From IMG/VR virus record IMGVR_UViG_3300044470_000442, positions 1 to 47,482 of that record: DNA of 47,482 bases; one strand, given 5' to 3'. Under the pieces are notes generated by a model. The model made no database searches. It was not told the origin of the DNA and saw only the letters and a list, made by a program, of their open reading frames with translations. Below are positions 8,952 to 17,543 of the stretch, piece after piece. Source of the stretch: a virus. Position 1 is the stretch's first letter, and each line of letters opens with the position of its first letter. Position numbers and translations under genes: made by a program.

Positions 8952-9704
8952 ATGCCATTATCACGGGAACAGTTGGAAGCAATCGGAAAGATCGACGGCG
9001 GAACGTCAATCATCGACCAGATCGAGTCAGACCTTGAAACGGCAGTCAATCCGTACAAGGACAGCATTGCCAAGTTGACACGAGAGAACGTTGAACGAAA
9101 GCGTACCATCCAGGAGTTCAAGACACATGTCAAGAACGCAGGGCTCGATCCTGAGGCGGCGCTGGAGGAACAACTCGCGGCTCTTACCGAAAAGGTAAAG
9201 ACCGAGTCAACACGCGATGTGACCCCGAACAAAGAGGTCGAGATGATTCGTAAGGAGATGAAGGCGCTTGCCGATAAGTTCACCCAGTCCGAGACGCAGC
9301 GGCTTAAGGCCGAGCAGGACATCAAGTCCGAGCGGGTCAAAGCTGCGTTTGCTCCCAAGCTTCCCGATCACTTCGGTCCTGCCGCAGACCTTGTTCTACG
9401 TGCAGGCCTGATCGATGGCGTGATCACGACCGACGAAGGCGGACAGCCCGGCGTCAAGGTTGGCGAGGATTTCTTTCTTCTCAGCGATGGCAACGGTGAA
9501 AAGGCGCTCAATGCCCTTCGTCAGATGCACCCACAACTTGCTGTATCAAAACAAAAAGGTGGAGCAGGGGATACCGGGGCAAATGGTGGCAAGGGTAACA
9601 AGTCAGAAAAGGCAATGACAACTGAACAATATCACGAACAAGTTTCCAAGGGGACGGACTTGACAAAGTTCTTCGCCGAGGGTGGCATCATAAAGGACGA
9701 GTAA
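8952..9704 (+). CDS. scaffolding protein
   Basis: 250 aa, charged and helical (coiled-coil-like, E/K-rich), directly upstream of the major capsid gene. AAGGAG 7 nt upstream. Confidence 0.7.
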   Translation: MPLSREQLEAIGKIDGGTSIIDQIESDLETAVNPYKDSIAKLTRENVERKRTIQEFKTHVKNAGLDPEAALEEQLAALTEKVKTESTRDVTPNKEVEMIRKEMKALADKFTQSETQRLKAEQDIKSERVKAAFAPKLPDHFGPAADLVLRAGLIDGVITTDEGGQPGVKVGEDFFLLSDGNGEKALNALRQMHPQLAVSKQKGGAGDTGANGGKGNKSEKAMTTEQYHEQVSKGTDLTKFFAEGGIIKDE

Positions 9705-9787
9705 ACGTCGAGAGTATGTTTTTGGCCTGTGGCCGCAGTCTTGTAAAAACAGAAAATAACTAACAACACTCAGAAAAGGATTTTACC

Positions 9788-11023
9788 ATGCCAACAACAG
9801 CAAACGTATTGACCGGACTGATGCCAACTTTCTTTCGGGCCTTGAACATGGTCAACAACGAAAAGACAGACGCGATTGACGCGGTCACCCTGAACTCCGA
9901 CCTGGCACAGGCAGTCGTAGGGCAGACGATCACGTACCCGATCGCGGCGCCCAAGTCCTTATATGACATCACCCCTCAGGCCAACCCGTTGGATATCAAC
10001 GGAGACACGGCCGGCACGGGTACGATGCAGATCAGCTATTCCAAGGCGGCAAGTTTCAAGTGGACCGGTGAGGAGCAGAGACAGCTTCAACTCGGCGGGA
10101 TCAGCCAGTACTACGCGGATCAGTCCGCGCAGTGTATCCGTGCCATCAGGAACTATGTCGAGTCTCTTATTGTAACGACAGCAGCGGTGAATGCCTGCCG
10201 CGCGGTCGGTACTCCGGGAACGACCCCGTTCGCGTTCAACGGCACAACGATCTCCGGGATGGAAAACTTCGCGGACTCCCTCAAGGAAATGGAGGACAAC
10301 GGTTCTCCTGATGCGGACATCCACATGATTCTCGGAACGAAAGCGGCTGCGGGTGCGCGGAAAATCCCGAACCTGTTCAAGGCAAATGAGGCCGGGACAG
10401 ACCGGATGCTTCGCACCGGTGCCATCGGTCAGATCGAAGGCTTCAACGTCGGGGTGTCTCCCCAGATCAAGACGAAGCACGTCATCGGCGCCTCGACCGG
10501 CAACGTCCTGAACGGTGCCGCCGCTGCAGGCCCCTTCACGACTCCGCAGGTCATTGCAATCCACAATGGCACGGGCGCGATCAATGTTGGTGACCTCGTG
10601 ATCTTTGCAAGTGACACAACCAGAACCTACGTGGTTCTTTCCGCGACAGGCGGAGCGACTCCGACAAGCATCACAATCGCGGCACCCGGATTGTCCATTG
10701 CCGGGGCAGACGGAGACGCGGTGACCGTTGTCGGTACCGGAGTATCTGCAGACAACTTCATCTCGAACCTCTTCTTCTCACGCGATGCAATTCACCTTGT
10801 CGCACGCCAGCCGATGTTGCCCGTCAACCTCGGTGGAACGGCAACCGGTGTGACCGGAGCAGTCGGTACCTTGATCGACTGCAAGCTTCTTCCCGATCCG
10901 CGGAGCAAGCTGGTGTACCAGATCGCAGCCTGGGCGGAACATCGCCAGATCACGATCGAGTTCGGTCTTGCCTTCGGTGTCGGCGTACCGAATCCTCAGA
11001 ACCTTTTCCTGCTGGTGGGATAA
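9788..11023 (+). CDS. major capsid protein (P22 gp5-like coat type)
   Basis: 411 aa, located after the scaffold gene and followed by a terminator hairpin. The C-terminal pattern (GDLVIFAS...FFSRDAIHLVARQP...) resembles the P22 coat protein as I recall it. Confidence 0.8.
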   Translation: MPTTANVLTGLMPTFFRALNMVNNEKTDAIDAVTLNSDLAQAVVGQTITYPIAAPKSLYDITPQANPLDINGDTAGTGTMQISYSKAASFKWTGEEQRQLQLGGISQYYADQSAQCIRAIRNYVESLIVTTAAVNACRAVGTPGTTPFAFNGTTISGMENFADSLKEMEDNGSPDADIHMILGTKAAAGARKIPNLFKANEAGTDRMLRTGAIGQIEGFNVGVSPQIKTKHVIGASTGNVLNGAAAAGPFTTPQVIAIHNGTGAINVGDLVIFASDTTRTYVVLSATGGATPTSITIAAPGLSIAGADGDAVTVVGTGVSADNFISNLFFSRDAIHLVARQPMLPVNLGGTATGVTGAVGTLIDCKLLPDPRSKLVYQIAAWAEHRQITIEFGLAFGVGVPNPQNLFLLVG

Positions 11024-11048
11024 ACGAGCGGTCCTTTCCAGCGACTGG

Positions 11049-11090
11049 GCACCGAGGGAATACGCCATTACCCCTCGGTGCTCTCCTTTC
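11049..11090 (+). terminator. rho-independent-type terminator after the capsid gene
   Basis: 10-bp perfect stem GCACCGAGGG (11049..11058) / CCCTCGGTGC (11072..11081) with a 13-nt loop, followed by the T-rich TCTCCTTTCT. Confidence 0.55.
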
Positions 11091-11128
11091 TATAATGGCA
11101 AACTTTAACAAGTGAGGCAACATGCAAG

Positions 11129-11872
11129 GTGATATTTATATCAAAAAACAATTTGCCAAATCAACCGGGCAAAGTGCTGTACCCGTCCATAGATGCTGCC
11201 GTGGCAGCGGCTGTTTCTGGTGACGCTGTGATGGTTGAAACCGGGGATTACACCCTTCTCAGCGCCGTGAATATTACCAAACCCATCGAAATCATTGCCG
11301 ATGGTTTGGTGACGATCACAGGCGCAGTCGGAGCGGCCTATTGTTTCAATGTTGCCCTGGGTGTTCTTTCCAAAACTGCAGAGGTTTCCATGGAGGGGTT
11401 TACTCTCAACCATGACTCCGACGGTACGCAAAAGGGTATTGTGATTGACAATACCGGAGCGACAAAAAAGATCATCGTGTACCTTGACAATATCGAGTTC
11501 GGTACAAACGGTGGCGCCTCAATACAGACTGTTCATACCGATACCTCAGCAGCTATCAGGATTTATCTTGAGGGTTGCACGACTGAGGGTTCTGTCAGTC
11601 TTGCTATCGGCAACGCCGGTGACCGGTTCCGTTTCCTTCGTGGAAATCTTCGCGGAGGTCTTGTATCAAATGCCGGAGCCTATGCCGCTGAGATACTGAT
11701 TGCGTGGAGTACCTTCTTACTCAATGGTATCACAGGCGGGCACGTAAACCAGAAAGTGATTTTTGTTGCCAGCGTCAGTGAAACCGACGCTGATCCAAAT
11801 GTGTATCTTGGTGCCGTTGCCAGTGATGTGGAAACACAGACACCGCAAATCACTTTGATACCTGGAGCATAA
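11129..11872 (+). CDS. right-handed beta-helix (pectin-lyase-fold-like) protein; possible head/neck decoration or fibre
   Basis: 247 aa with a GTG start. The N-terminal SIDAAVAAAVSGDAVMVETGDYTL matches the common beta-helix entry motif (aI-x-aA-x-x-GDtI-x-v-x-x-G-x-Y). The gene is flanked by hairpins. Confidence 0.5.
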   Translation: MIFISKNNLPNQPGKVLYPSIDAAVAAAVSGDAVMVETGDYTLLSAVNITKPIEIIADGLVTITGAVGAAYCFNVALGVLSKTAEVSMEGFTLNHDSDGTQKGIVIDNTGATKKIIVYLDNIEFGTNGGASIQTVHTDTSAAIRIYLEGCTTEGSVSLAIGNAGDRFRFLRGNLRGGLVSNAGAYAAEILIAWSTFLLNGITGGHVNQKVIFVASVSETDADPNVYLGAVASDVETQTPQITLIPGA

Positions 11873-11881
11873 TAACCAAAA

Positions 11882-11920
11882 CAGGGCCACTCCGATTTGA
11901 TGCGGATGGCCCTGGTCTTT
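11882..11920 (+). terminator. terminator-like hairpin
   Basis: Stem CAGGGCCA(c)TCCG (11882..11894) / CGGATGGCCCTG (11903..11914), 12 bp with one bulge and an 8-nt loop, followed by GTCTTT. The T-run is short. Confidence 0.4.
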
Positions 11921-11934
11921 AAAAGGAACTCAAG

Positions 11935-12345
11935 TTGGCAGAGCAGAATATATTAACTTTTGACCTAAAGCCGTTTGAGGACTTCTGCGGACGGATGCCT
12001 ATGATGTTGTACGATGATGCCCTAAAGATCATACGCCTTCATCTTGTCAACATCCGCACGATAGCCAGGCAGATACACCGGTTTCAGGCGACGCCAGGAA
12101 AAAGACCGAACGGAAGATATTATCGAAACACGGGACGGCTTGAGCGGTCGGTACAGGTACACATGGAAAGCGACGGCGGCAGCGTGTACCTCGATGAGGG
12201 GATTGCTGACTATGGAAAATATGTTCATGAAGGACAACGTTCATGGGCACCGGATCAATTTGTATATGACGCCTTTGAGTCACAGAGGGACGAGATAGAT
12301 TCAGACCTAACCTACGCCATTTCACAGGCGATAAGGGAGATGTAA
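11935..12345 (+). CDS. HK97 gp10-like neck / tail-completion protein
   Basis: 136 aa with a TTG start. The ADYGKYVHEG motif resembles the gp10-family Y-x-x-x-vE-x-G signature. Located in the neck module. Confidence 0.45.
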   Translation: MAEQNILTFDLKPFEDFCGRMPMMLYDDALKIIRLHLVNIRTIARQIHRFQATPGKRPNGRYYRNTGRLERSVQVHMESDGGSVYLDEGIADYGKYVHEGQRSWAPDQFVYDAFESQRDEIDSDLTYAISQAIREM

Positions 12346-12346
12346 A

Positions 12347-12943
12347 ATGCCGTATGCCTATCCATCAATAGGACTGTATCCGAGGTGGCCGTGGTTGATT
12401 AATTTCACGGACCTTTCGGACGCAGTCGTTAAAAAGTTCGGTGACTCTTACCTTATCGGTATGCCCGATGAACAGGTCAACGTCATTGCTCCCGGTGGAA
12501 GCATCCTCCTGACGGACTCGTCCATCTTGACCGTTTCACCGAATGATCCGACAACTCCAGTGGGTAAACTTCGCATTGCAAACAACTCAGCCTCGCCGAT
12601 CAACGTGAGCCTAAAAAATTATTATTACAACGTGGCAAAGGCCTTAGCTGACTTGGCAAACACGAAGGGCGTGGATGAGGCCCAGGTTAACGCAGTCAAT
12701 CCTCCCCACTATATGCTTGTACAGTGGCAGATTGCTTATCTGCAGGAACAGGTTTGCAAGGACAATGTTGGTCTCAACGATACCGTTGACCCGATCATGG
12801 ACAAATACCGAGGAAAGGAAAAAGACTATCACAGCGAGCGCGTGACCTGGACGGGAAAGATAAATTACGAGACATTTAATACAGCGGCAATGCAGCAGTC
12901 CTTTACACGCGCGGCCGCACGAACCTTTGATGTGATGTATTGA
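12347..12943 (+). CDS. hypothetical structural (neck/tail) protein
   Basis: 198 aa, starting 2 nt after the upstream stop. Assigned by position only. Confidence 0.5.
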   Translation: MPYAYPSIGLYPRWPWLINFTDLSDAVVKKFGDSYLIGMPDEQVNVIAPGGSILLTDSSILTVSPNDPTTPVGKLRIANNSASPINVSLKNYYYNVAKALADLANTKGVDEAQVNAVNPPHYMLVQWQIAYLQEQVCKDNVGLNDTVDPIMDKYRGKEKDYHSERVTWTGKINYETFNTAAMQQSFTRAAARTFDVMY

Positions 12944-12945
12944 GC

Positions 12946-13686
12946 ATGATAACAATTACAAGCCAGCCAACCTCACAGGTTGTTCACCTCGGCCTAACGG
13001 CTTCCTTTATCGTTGCCGCTGATCATAGCAATGTTCTTGCCAACCTGTTTTTTCAGTGGTACAAGAACGATAAGGTGATGCAGGGAGAGACCAACAACAT
13101 CCTTACGTTGACCAACGTTGCCGTTGAGGATTCGGATGTTTACTCCTGTGTCGTTTCAGATGACCTTGATACCGACATGGTAAAGACAGACTACGCTGCT
13201 TTGGCCTCTTCCCTGCTTGACTATATTGAACTGAACATGAAGATAAAGATGCTGGGAATGACCATTACCGGAGGGTATAACTTTGACTGGAAGACCGTGA
13301 ACCAACCGGACGAGGCCCTTGGTGATTTTCCACGTGCTGTCATCGCCTCTCCCCAGGAAAACTGTATTGATGAAATGATCGGGCAGGACACCCAGTCTTA
13401 TGCAAACAATGTTTTATTTTTGGTTCAAGTCAAGGGAAGCCAAGCGTGGAACAGCAACGCAAACTTTATGATTAGAAGCAACCTTCGCCTTGCGTTGGAT
13501 GACCTTAAGCGTCTTTTTGGGCAAGACACCTCAATCAACGGAACCTGTGAGGTTGTCATGTACCGCGGAAGTCAGGTAATAAATATCAACCAGAACGATA
13601 TACAAAGACCGTCCCACATGAACACAAGTTGGACGGTGCGCTACGCTCAGGATCGCCTTGAGCCTCTGGTTGTTTCAAGTTCTTAG
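12946..13686 (+). CDS. neck/tail protein with N-terminal Ig-like domain
   Basis: ATG at 12946 (the track lists a TTG at 12940). The N-terminus ITSQPTSQVV...FQWYKND...LTLTNVAVEDSDVYSCVVSDD has the Ig I-set-like W...DxxxYxC pattern. Confidence 0.55.
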   Translation: MITITSQPTSQVVHLGLTASFIVAADHSNVLANLFFQWYKNDKVMQGETNNILTLTNVAVEDSDVYSCVVSDDLDTDMVKTDYAALASSLLDYIELNMKIKMLGMTITGGYNFDWKTVNQPDEALGDFPRAVIASPQENCIDEMIGQDTQSYANNVLFLVQVKGSQAWNSNANFMIRSNLRLALDDLKRLFGQDTSINGTCEVVMYRGSQVININQNDIQRPSHMNTSWTVRYAQDRLEPLVVSSS

Positions 13687-13718
13687 AAATCAAAAACCCT
13701 TTTTCAAGGAGTATTGCT

Positions 13719-15458
13719 ATGAGTTCACCATTTTTAGAGGTAAAGAAGTTCCTCATCGGAAAAATAGAGGAGCAGGCAATTCCGTCCATCTCCAGCGGCG
13801 TGGCAGTTATTCCGTTGAAGCTTCCAATTACCAGCCCTTTGTCAAAGGGAACAGGGCTTACGGTTGACATCACGGCTGTTGCCGGAATAATCACCGTTGC
13901 TGCTCCGAACATTGGCGGAACCGGCTATGCCGTTGGCGATACCGTCCTCGTTGAAGGCGGCGTCAATGGAGCATTGGTCGTGGCGACTGCTCCCCTGGGA
14001 GTCGTCGGGTCTTTAACCATCAATAACGGTGGCACAGGGTACACGACAGGAACAGCACAGTTGACCGATCCTATGCCCTCGTGGGCAACCAAATTTCCCG
14101 AGGAATTTGTCATACAAGATATGGCCAACAGAGAACGCCTTCTTTTCACCGGCATCGAAGCAACGGCGGGAGTTTATTCCGCGGTTGCGTCAACCAACCT
14201 TGTCAACTCCTACGCGGTACCCTTTGCGTCAATTCTCACTCCGGGAGCGGTACAGATTCTTACCAGCGAAGATTTCAACGTACGCCTTCGTGCCTTGACC
14301 ATGGCACCGACCATCGTGACCGACGGTGAGGCTGAGAAGTTCGCTACGGGTGATCATCGTAAAGACTTTTCGATCATGGGTATGCGGACAGGGACAATTG
14401 GTTTTCAGGACAAGGTTGCGGTCAACCTCTTTCCCGGTACCGGGTTGACTCTCGACATCACGGCAGTGGCCGGCGCAATTACCGTCGCAGTGATTCACAC
14501 GGCCGGAACAGGGTACAATGTCGGTGACCTGGTTACCGTCGCAGGAGGCGTAGATGGAGTTGTTAAAATCAAGACGGTCAACGTCAATACCGGGGCAGTG
14601 ACAGCCATCGACATTATTGCCAATGCGGGTTCGGGCTATACCACGACTACGAATGAAGCAACGACCATAATTCACCAGCTTCCGACGTGGGGAAAGTTCG
14701 CGGTCGGTATGGGAATGCTTCCGAAAAAATACACAACCACAGGCATGGGTCTTGTGGGTGGCTTGAACGCTGCCGACGATATTACGATGACCCTGGGCGT
14801 ATGTTTCGTGCAGGGCGGTGGAAATCCGGCAGGACAGATGTTCCTGTTTTCGGGATGCAAGGGCGACGGAGACATCTCAGCGGACGGTCTCGGCAAGCCC
14901 TGGGTGCTCAAGGGAAATTTCACCGGGAAGTTCCTGAGCGAGACCGACCTGACCAATTCACAAATTTACCAGCTGACGACTCCTGAAACGGCCCTTCCGG
15001 AGAAGATGTTGTCCAACCTGGTCAACACGACGCCGGTCGGTTCGGCAAATGCCGTGCCCCTTCGCGTCACGAAGTTCAGCCTTGCCTTTGGTAACAAGGT
15101 TGGACAGGTGCCCAATCAGGAAGACCCTACAGGCATCGCTTATTTTATGATCACGGAGCGTGACCCTAAGGTGTCAATCGATCCGCTGCTCAAGCCAGTC
15201 AGGGAAGAGGACATTTTCAACAACGTTAACAATGAACAATCCGTCGGGATCATTGTCCAGTCGGCACTCATCGCCCCGAAGATGACGCTTGAGGCTCCGC
15301 GGTCTCAGCTCATGTATCCGACTATCGGGAATAAGGACGGAATTGTTGACACAACCCGTACCTACAGGTGCCTGGGTAATGATCTTGGTTCCGGTTCGGC
15401 ACAGCCGTTAATGACCTTTGAATCATCGTATGAGATACTTATCGGCACGCGGTCGTAG
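13719..15458 (+). CDS. putative major tail (tube) protein with tandem internal domain duplication
   Basis: 579 aa with AAGGAG upstream. It is the last large structural gene before the chaperone/tape-measure block. Two roughly 70-aa repeats are present (GTGLTVDITAVAGIITVA...GGTGYAVGDTVLVEGGVNG... and GTGLTLDITAVAGAITVA...AGTGYNVGDLVTVAGGVDG...). The tube assignment is positional. Confidence 0.5.
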   Translation: MSSPFLEVKKFLIGKIEEQAIPSISSGVAVIPLKLPITSPLSKGTGLTVDITAVAGIITVAAPNIGGTGYAVGDTVLVEGGVNGALVVATAPLGVVGSLTINNGGTGYTTGTAQLTDPMPSWATKFPEEFVIQDMANRERLLFTGIEATAGVYSAVASTNLVNSYAVPFASILTPGAVQILTSEDFNVRLRALTMAPTIVTDGEAEKFATGDHRKDFSIMGMRTGTIGFQDKVAVNLFPGTGLTLDITAVAGAITVAVIHTAGTGYNVGDLVTVAGGVDGVVKIKTVNVNTGAVTAIDIIANAGSGYTTTTNEATTIIHQLPTWGKFAVGMGMLPKKYTTTGMGLVGGLNAADDITMTLGVCFVQGGGNPAGQMFLFSGCKGDGDISADGLGKPWVLKGNFTGKFLSETDLTNSQIYQLTTPETALPEKMLSNLVNTTPVGSANAVPLRVTKFSLAFGNKVGQVPNQEDPTGIAYFMITERDPKVSIDPLLKPVREEDIFNNVNNEQSVGIIVQSALIAPKMTLEAPRSQLMYPTIGNKDGIVDTTRTYRCLGNDLGSGSAQPLMTFESSYEILIGTRS

Positions 15459-15491
15459 TCGTACACAAAACTTGTAGAAAGGGAGTGTACG

Positions 15492-16463
15492 ATGTTTCCA
15501 CGTAATAATTCATACGACAAGATAGTCCCAACAGGGCAGGCCAAGACGCCCTCCGATGTCCGCTGGCCTGCCTATTGCATGGTCGAGCCGTATGAGAAGT
15601 CTTTTTCAACGGCGGTGGCAAATAATGTGTGGATGAAGGAGTTACCGCCCGAGAAGCAAAAGATTGACTACGACAAGGCCTTTCAACAGTTCATGGAGCT
15701 TGGGCAATGGGTCGCTGCCAATTCCTCGACCTATCTTATCCCTAACAAGGGAAAGTACCAAGACCTGATCTACTGCGCCAATATCGGAATTTATCTCGAA
15801 CCTGCAGATGTGATCGTTGTCTCCAATTTCACCTCTGAACCAAGGAGAGGCGAGGACGAGATTGGCAAGGCCTTTTTTGACCTGATGGGTTATACCGTCG
15901 TGAAGCCACCGCCGACCTGTCACTTCGAGGGCGAGGCTGACCTCAAGTTCCAACGGGATAATATCTTTGTCGGTGGTTACGGGATAAGAACCGACAAGGA
16001 GACTTTTGACTGGATGGAACGTCAATTCAATATCAAGATCGTCAAGTGCCTTATGACCGATGAAAGACAATACCACTTCGACTGTATGTATTTTCCGTTG
16101 ACCATGGAGAAGGCGTTGGTGTGTACCGAAATATACCAACCGGCAGACCTTGCCGAAATTGAAAAGGTCGTCGAGATTATTGACATCCCAAAGCCTGAGG
16201 CATACGCGATGTCGACGAATTGCGTTCGTGTTGGAGCGAATATCCTTGTGGCATCGGAGATAACCGAAATGCACTCTTCTGACCCTGCATACATAAACGA
16301 AGTGACCAAACTCGGAAGACTTGGGCAGATTTGTTCCAATAATGGTCTTAGTCTTATTTCGGTTAACCTGTCTGAGTTCAATAAGTCAGGCGCGGCGCTG
16401 TCCTGCCTTATGTTCCATTGCAACTATGTCGATTACCAGTCACCACTCGGTGAGGTATTTTAA
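15492..16463 (+). CDS. amidinotransferase / arginine-deiminase / CtlX-like enzyme (guanidino-group-modifying fold)
   Basis: 323 aa with AGGGAG 7 nt upstream. Motifs HFEGEADL (cf. EGGD), YHFDCMYF (cf. HLD) and C-terminal SGAALSCLMFHC (catalytic Cys position) fit the amidinotransferase (PF02274-like) pattern as I recall it. Confidence 0.65.
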   Translation: MFPRNNSYDKIVPTGQAKTPSDVRWPAYCMVEPYEKSFSTAVANNVWMKELPPEKQKIDYDKAFQQFMELGQWVAANSSTYLIPNKGKYQDLIYCANIGIYLEPADVIVVSNFTSEPRRGEDEIGKAFFDLMGYTVVKPPPTCHFEGEADLKFQRDNIFVGGYGIRTDKETFDWMERQFNIKIVKCLMTDERQYHFDCMYFPLTMEKALVCTEIYQPADLAEIEKVVEIIDIPKPEAYAMSTNCVRVGANILVASEITEMHSSDPAYINEVTKLGRLGQICSNNGLSLISVNLSEFNKSGAALSCLMFHCNYVDYQSPLGEVF

Positions 16464-17179
16464 TGTCACAGTCGCTGGAGGAATGGTTGGTCGAGATTGA
16501 GCCGTTTAAACGGATGGACCCCGATGTCCTTTCGTCGGTGTTCTTTTTTCGTGATCCGTCACGACCGATCTTTCTTGACTCCGATTACATCTTTTCTCCA
16601 GCGGACGGAACCATTATTGACCAGGGTTTTATAAAGCCTGACCAGCAGATTGTGGAGATGAAGGGCGTTGACTATTCGCCAAGGAAGCTTTTGGAGGAGC
16701 CCGCGTTCAACTCGACCTCCTTGTGTATTTCGATCTTTATGTCACAGTATGATGTGCACATTAATCGGATGCCGACAAACGGGAATGTCTTTTTCAGAAC
16801 GGTTGATCCTATCCAGACAAAGAACATTCCGATGATCTTTGAGGAACGGGACCTGCTTGCCGGACATAGCAACTATGAACACATGGACTATGTCACTGCA
16901 AACGCTCGAACAATTAACAGGATCACCAACGGTGGCTACCAATATTATTTGGTACAGATTTGTGATACCGATGTCAACGTGGTTGCTCCGTTTTCGACAA
17001 AGCAGGGGAAACATTTTTTTCAGAACGAACGCTTCTCTGTTGTCCGCTATGGGTCACAGGTAACCCTGGTGCTTCCCTTGACGGATTCGTTTGACTTTGA
17101 CCTGATGGAGCAACCGGAAAGACATGTCAGGGCCGGGCTTGATCGTCTTGTATACCTGAGGTCAAAGAAGCGTGACTGA
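16463..17179 (+). CDS. phosphatidylserine decarboxylase-family pyruvoyl-dependent decarboxylase (short type)
   Basis: 238 aa. The start overlaps the upstream stop (TAATG). Motifs FFFRDPSRP, FSPADGTI, SIFMSQYDVHINRMPTNG and the self-cleavage-type VRYGSQVTLVLP (G-S site) match short PSD/Asd proteins. Confidence 0.75.
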   Translation: MSQSLEEWLVEIEPFKRMDPDVLSSVFFFRDPSRPIFLDSDYIFSPADGTIIDQGFIKPDQQIVEMKGVDYSPRKLLEEPAFNSTSLCISIFMSQYDVHINRMPTNGNVFFRTVDPIQTKNIPMIFEERDLLAGHSNYEHMDYVTANARTINRITNGGYQYYLVQICDTDVNVVAPFSTKQGKHFFQNERFSVVRYGSQVTLVLPLTDSFDFDLMEQPERHVRAGLDRLVYLRSKKRD

Positions 17180-17183
17180 GAAC

Positions 17184-17333
17184 ATGGAGTGCGAGCTTAA
17201 GGCCTTGGCAAGAGAGAAAGCGGTTCGCTCAGTTGTTGAAAAGCACGCAGGCGAGCTTGAGGTTTATTACAAGAGGTACCTACAGCAGCTTAAGCGAAAG
17301 GGAACCGACGATGCCATACACAGTAAGAAAAGG
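17184..17333 (+). CDS. possible 49-aa helical micro-ORF
   Basis: Not in the track. ATG at 17184, translating to MECELKALAREKAVRSVVEKHAGELEVYYKRYLQQLKRKGTDDAIHSKKR. Weak SD. Overlaps the next candidate by 23 nt. Confidence 0.3.
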
Positions 17334-17451
17334 TAAGGGAACGAAGACCTACAAGATCCTCAAAAAGGACTCCGGGCGTCAGGTCGGAAGCAGCAAGATC
17401 AGGAAGATGGCAGAGGCATCTGTAAGAGCCCGCCATGCTGGGGATAGGTAA
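17311..17451 (+). CDS. possible 46-aa basic micro-ORF
   Basis: Internal ATG of track ORF 17233..17451, whose listed start is TTG. Translates to MPYTVRKGKGTKTYKILKKDSGRQVGSSK... Weak SD. Confidence 0.3.
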   Translation: MPYTVRKGKGTKTYKILKKDSGRQVGSSKIRKMAEASVRARHAGDR

Positions 17452-17543
17452 TATATCATCCTTAGCAGGATCGTGGATTTTTAAGCATTTAAACCCATCA
17501 AGTTTTTAGGAATACCAGTCATTTTAAGTAAAGGGGTAAGTTT

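Noticed and set aside
9959-10564. 201-aa minus-strand ORF (Arg-rich) within the capsid gene, and similar antisense or alternate-frame ORFs (107-688, 5450-5968, 14229-14675, 15642-16274, 41354-41938, 41452-41826)
   Set aside because: Each is fully nested in a stronger, homology- or context-supported gene. The Arg/Pro/Gly-rich or otherwise skewed compositions are characteristic of non-coding frames.
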